In this document: positions 61,275 to 64,000 of the stretch, piece after piece
How the letters are laid out: every line of letters starts with the position of its first letter
Numbering within the stretch: the stretch's first letter is position 1
Origin: an uncultured Gammaproteobacteria bacterium
Lineage (GTDB): Bacteria; Pseudomonadota; Gammaproteobacteria; JACCXJ01
NCBI GenBank assembly: GCA_963764725.1
Contig: CAVXTM010000012.1
Location: forward strand, 96,001 to 160,000
Direction: 5' to 3'
Length of the DNA: 64,000 nt
Notes under the pieces: model-generated
The model's database searches: none
Seen by the model: only the letters and a program-made list of their open reading frames with translations
What the model was told of the DNA's origin: nothing
Translations under genes and position numbers: made by a program

Positions 61275-62135
61275 TTACTGTTCAAACTTTGCTAGTTGAG
61301 CGAGTTGACGAGCGTTGTCGTCACGAAAGCGCTCGAGCTCGGCGGCTAAATCGGCGTTAAGTCCGGTGAGCCAATGCGACCGCTCCATAACCTTGAGTCG
61401 GTCACGTAGCAAGCCAGCTTCCTGTTCCCGGGTGAAAGGCTTCCCCGGAACCCAGCGGCCGAGTCGCGCACCGTCGTCTAAACACCGAGCCCAGGTCCAG
61501 ACTTCCGGCAATACGACGACTCGGCACAGATAGTAGACACGCATCTGGAATTCCCAATCCTCGCACGAAAGGAGATCCTCGGCAAACAAAGTTCCTTCTA
61601 TGTGGGCTAACGCTTTGCGACGCAGGATTATCGAAGACATCTGCACGGCATTCATACTGTTGGTCCATAACCACTGGCATTCACTCACCCAGCGCACTTG
61701 TCCCTGGGCGGCTGCAAGCAGACCGGTTCGCGCGAAACGACTGCGATCGTCAGCTTGTCCCTCAACAAAGCACAGGCTATCCGACACCACTGCCTCCGCA
61801 TCCGGGAACAGGCCCAACACGCGGAGTTCCGCATCCAGCTTCCCGGGTAGCCAGAGGTCATCGGAGTCGAGAAAAGCCAGCAGCTCCCCGCTCGCCAAAC
61901 GTACACCGGCGTTCCGCGCGGCGCCTACGCCTCGGCGGCTTGGCAGGCGAAGCAAATAGATGCGGGAGCCAAAATTCCGCGTGAGCATGTTCGCAGTGTC
62001 GTCAGTAGAGCCGTCATCAACGACAATGACCTCAACTTGCCCAATTCGTTGGCTTAAGGCGCTTTCAACTGCCTCGCATACCAGCCGAGCCCGATTCCAA
62101 GTCGGGATCACAACAGATAGGAGCGGGGTGGTCAC
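61275..62135 (-). CDS. GT2 family glycosyltransferase
   Basis: SVVIPTWNR, VVDDGSTD, GAARNAG, FLDSDDLW, EDWEF. Confidence 0.92.
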   Translation of the reverse strand: MTTPLLSVVIPTWNRARLVCEAVESALSQRIGQVEVIVVDDGSTDDTANMLTRNFGSRIYLLRLPSRRGVGAARNAGVRLASGELLAFLDSDDLWLPGKLDAELRVLGLFPDAEAVVSDSLCFVEGQADDRSRFARTGLLAAAQGQVRWVSECQWLWTNSMNAVQMSSIILRRKALAHIEGTLFAEDLLSCEDWEFQMRVYYLCRVVVLPEVWTWARCLDDGARLGRWVPGKPFTREQEAGLLRDRLKVMERSHWLTGLNADLAAELERFRDDNARQLAQLAKFEQ

Positions 62136-62211
62136 ATTGAAGTCCTTCGCCAAGTCGAGAAATAACCGCGTTCCCGGAAACCGGAATGCCTGCGTCAAAT
62201 TGTCCTGATTG

Positions 62212-63072
62212 TCAGACAGCGGCAAATAATATCTGGCGGTCGCTCGCGCAGTACGCGGCGACTGCTTCCTCAAAGGTTACCATAGGCGGTTTATCAATGA
62301 CCTCAAAGTGGTGGTGATCTCTGGGGCCATCTCCGCGCACCCAAACAACCGCTCTGCGGCCGTTGTAGAGCTCGGGAATGGAGTAACTGGCGGATAATCC
62401 GATTCGACATTCAGTTGATAAATTCGAGTTTGAACCGTGAAGAAGCGCTGGGTGATGAATGCTCATCTCCCCTGGTGGCATAACGAGATCAAACCCTGAA
62501 TCAGAGTCTGGTGGAACTCTCGTGATCCTACCGGACAGCTCGTCCCCGTGCTTCCGGAACCAACTCTCTACCGGAGCTGATGTGCTGCCGGGGAGGGGCT
62601 CCAAATCGGGGCTCGAGTCATGTTGCAAGAGGCCATGCCGATGAGATCGGGGTACAACTCGCAGACAACCATTTTCTACAGTGGCGGCTGTCAACCCAAG
62701 CCAGATGGCCGGCGCGCGACCGTCTTCCAGTCTTTCGGTGATGCCATCCTGATGCCACCCGACGTAAGAGGCACTTCTCCCGTACTTGTAAAACACCCTC
62801 GTTGATTTGAGCACGATGTTGGGGCCGAGGAGTTGTTCGAGACAGTCCAACAAGCGCGAGTGCGTACTCAGCTCCCAAGCCCAGCGAAAAAAAAGATGGA
62901 GCGCGTTAAGCCGCGTCACCCGACCACCAATCGCTTGGCACGTCTTTTCAACTTCGGCGCGGTAGTAGCCAACTTCGTCCTGCGATAGGATCGGGATCGA
63001 GTGAAGAAATCCCAATTCCTCGTAGTCCGCCAACTGCTGGTTAGTAAGAATGAGACCGTCGCCTTTGGCCAT
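62212..63072 (-). CDS. PhyH family Fe/2OG dioxygenase
   Basis: WHQD, ENGCLRVVPRSH, PGEMSIHH..LLHGS..N...R; start moved to MAKGDG. Confidence 0.88.
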   Translation of the reverse strand: MAKGDGLILTNQQLADYEELGFLHSIPILSQDEVGYYRAEVEKTCQAIGGRVTRLNALHLFFRWAWELSTHSRLLDCLEQLLGPNIVLKSTRVFYKYGRSASYVGWHQDGITERLEDGRAPAIWLGLTAATVENGCLRVVPRSHRHGLLQHDSSPDLEPLPGSTSAPVESWFRKHGDELSGRITRVPPDSDSGFDLVMPPGEMSIHHPALLHGSNSNLSTECRIGLSASYSIPELYNGRRAVVWVRGDGPRDHHHFEVIDKPPMVTFEEAVAAYCASDRQILFAAV

Positions 63073-63271
63073 GTTCTTTTTCCGCCTAGATCGTTGGGTG
63101 GATCCAGTGTAAGAAAATGGTTGGTCAATCGTCAACGGAAATATCAACGAAGTACCCCTCAACCGTTGAGGCGTAGCCGCAAGCGCAATACAATTCTGAC
63201 TACCGGCAATATTTCCGCCAACCACTTTGTAAGCAAACAATCCTTGTGAAGCTTCATGGGATTGGAAAAAT

Positions 63272-64000
63272 ATGACCACAAGCCATATCAAACCGACCCA
63301 CCGGAACAGTCAACGAAACATTTCCATATAGGCTTTGCATTAACCTCGATAGGAGGCCGCAGCGCTGGCAAAGCATGCAGCACAAATTCGCTCAGCATGG
63401 AATCCACTCAGTGCGGCGGTTTTCCGCGTTGGACGGAGACAAGATGAAGCTCCCGGCGAACTGGGTCCACACGCCAGGCGCCTATGGATGCTTGCTCAGC
63501 CATTTGCAGGTCGTTCGCGAGGCGCGGCGACTCGGCGTGCCCAGCGTCCTTATCTTTGAAGATGACGTTGTTTTTGATGATCATCTAGAGAAGAAGTTTA
63601 GCATCTATATTGACCAACTGCCGCCCGATTGGGACATGTTGTTTTTCGGTGCCCTGCATAAGGATGAGCCCATCAAGGTCTCTGATAATATTGCGCGTAT
63701 CACACAGGCGTATTCGACCTATGCTTATGTCCTGAGGGACACGATGTTTGACGATTTCATCGAATTGAATCGCAAAACCGAACAGGAGTTGGACAACAAC
63801 AGTCTTGTTCTGCAACAACAATTCAAATGCTACTGCTTCATGCCGCATTTAGCTTGGGTAGAAACTGATCACTCTGATGCCCAGCAACGCCTGGTGCACC
63901 ACTGGTATCTACGGGAATCGCTAGTGTTATTTGGGCCTAAAGTGGATCGCCTTTTGAGTGACACGACAATCGTCTTCGCACACGGCGATCACACTCAGGT
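63272..64000 (+). CDS. GT25 family glycosyltransferase, partial; 5' end out of frame
   Basis: CINLDRRPQRW, RFSALDG, GCLLSH, LIFEDD, WDMLFFG; open to the window end; no in-frame ATG after the TGA at 63273. Confidence 0.8.

Overview
Bacterial chromosome window, most likely a gammaproteobacterium (rpoD-dnaG-[yqeY]-rpsU / tsaD / plsY / folB-folK synteny), in four parts. (1) 1-21.9 kb is a heavily decayed accessory region. Intact genes (DUF1993, thioesterase, GlcG/ferritin-like pair, YgjP-like peptidase, VOC, ZIP, msrA, NDUFA9-like epimerase, trypsin-like protease, VapBC and BrnTA toxin-antitoxin pairs) are mixed with many gene fragments, IS3/IS481-like relics and an integron relic (intI 5' end, attI-like site, first cassette). 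(2) 22.2-34.5 kb is a four-gene 'restriction-like' anti-phage system (DUF499 ATPase, DUF3780, DUF1156 methyltransferase, PLD-SNF2 helicase). It is broken by a frameshift, an IS630 and an IS256, and sits beside a truncated tyrosine integrase at the 3' end of tRNA-Ile2(CAT). (3) 34.6-49.7 kb is mostly core genes plus LemA/TPM, dusB and an exported MsrA/MsrB pair; two copies of a ~110-bp structured repeat lie here and a third is at 51.8 kb. (4) 50-64 kb is an unusual cluster of tailoring enzymes running off the window: five Fe/2OG oxygenases, an LLM flavin monooxygenase, paralogous SAM methyltransferases, a BtaA-like SAM enzyme, RidA, four glycosyltransferases and two paralogous proteins of unknown family, with no scaffold synthase visible. 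This cluster and the structured repeat are the best candidates for undescribed biology. All family calls come from motif recognition by eye; no searches were run.
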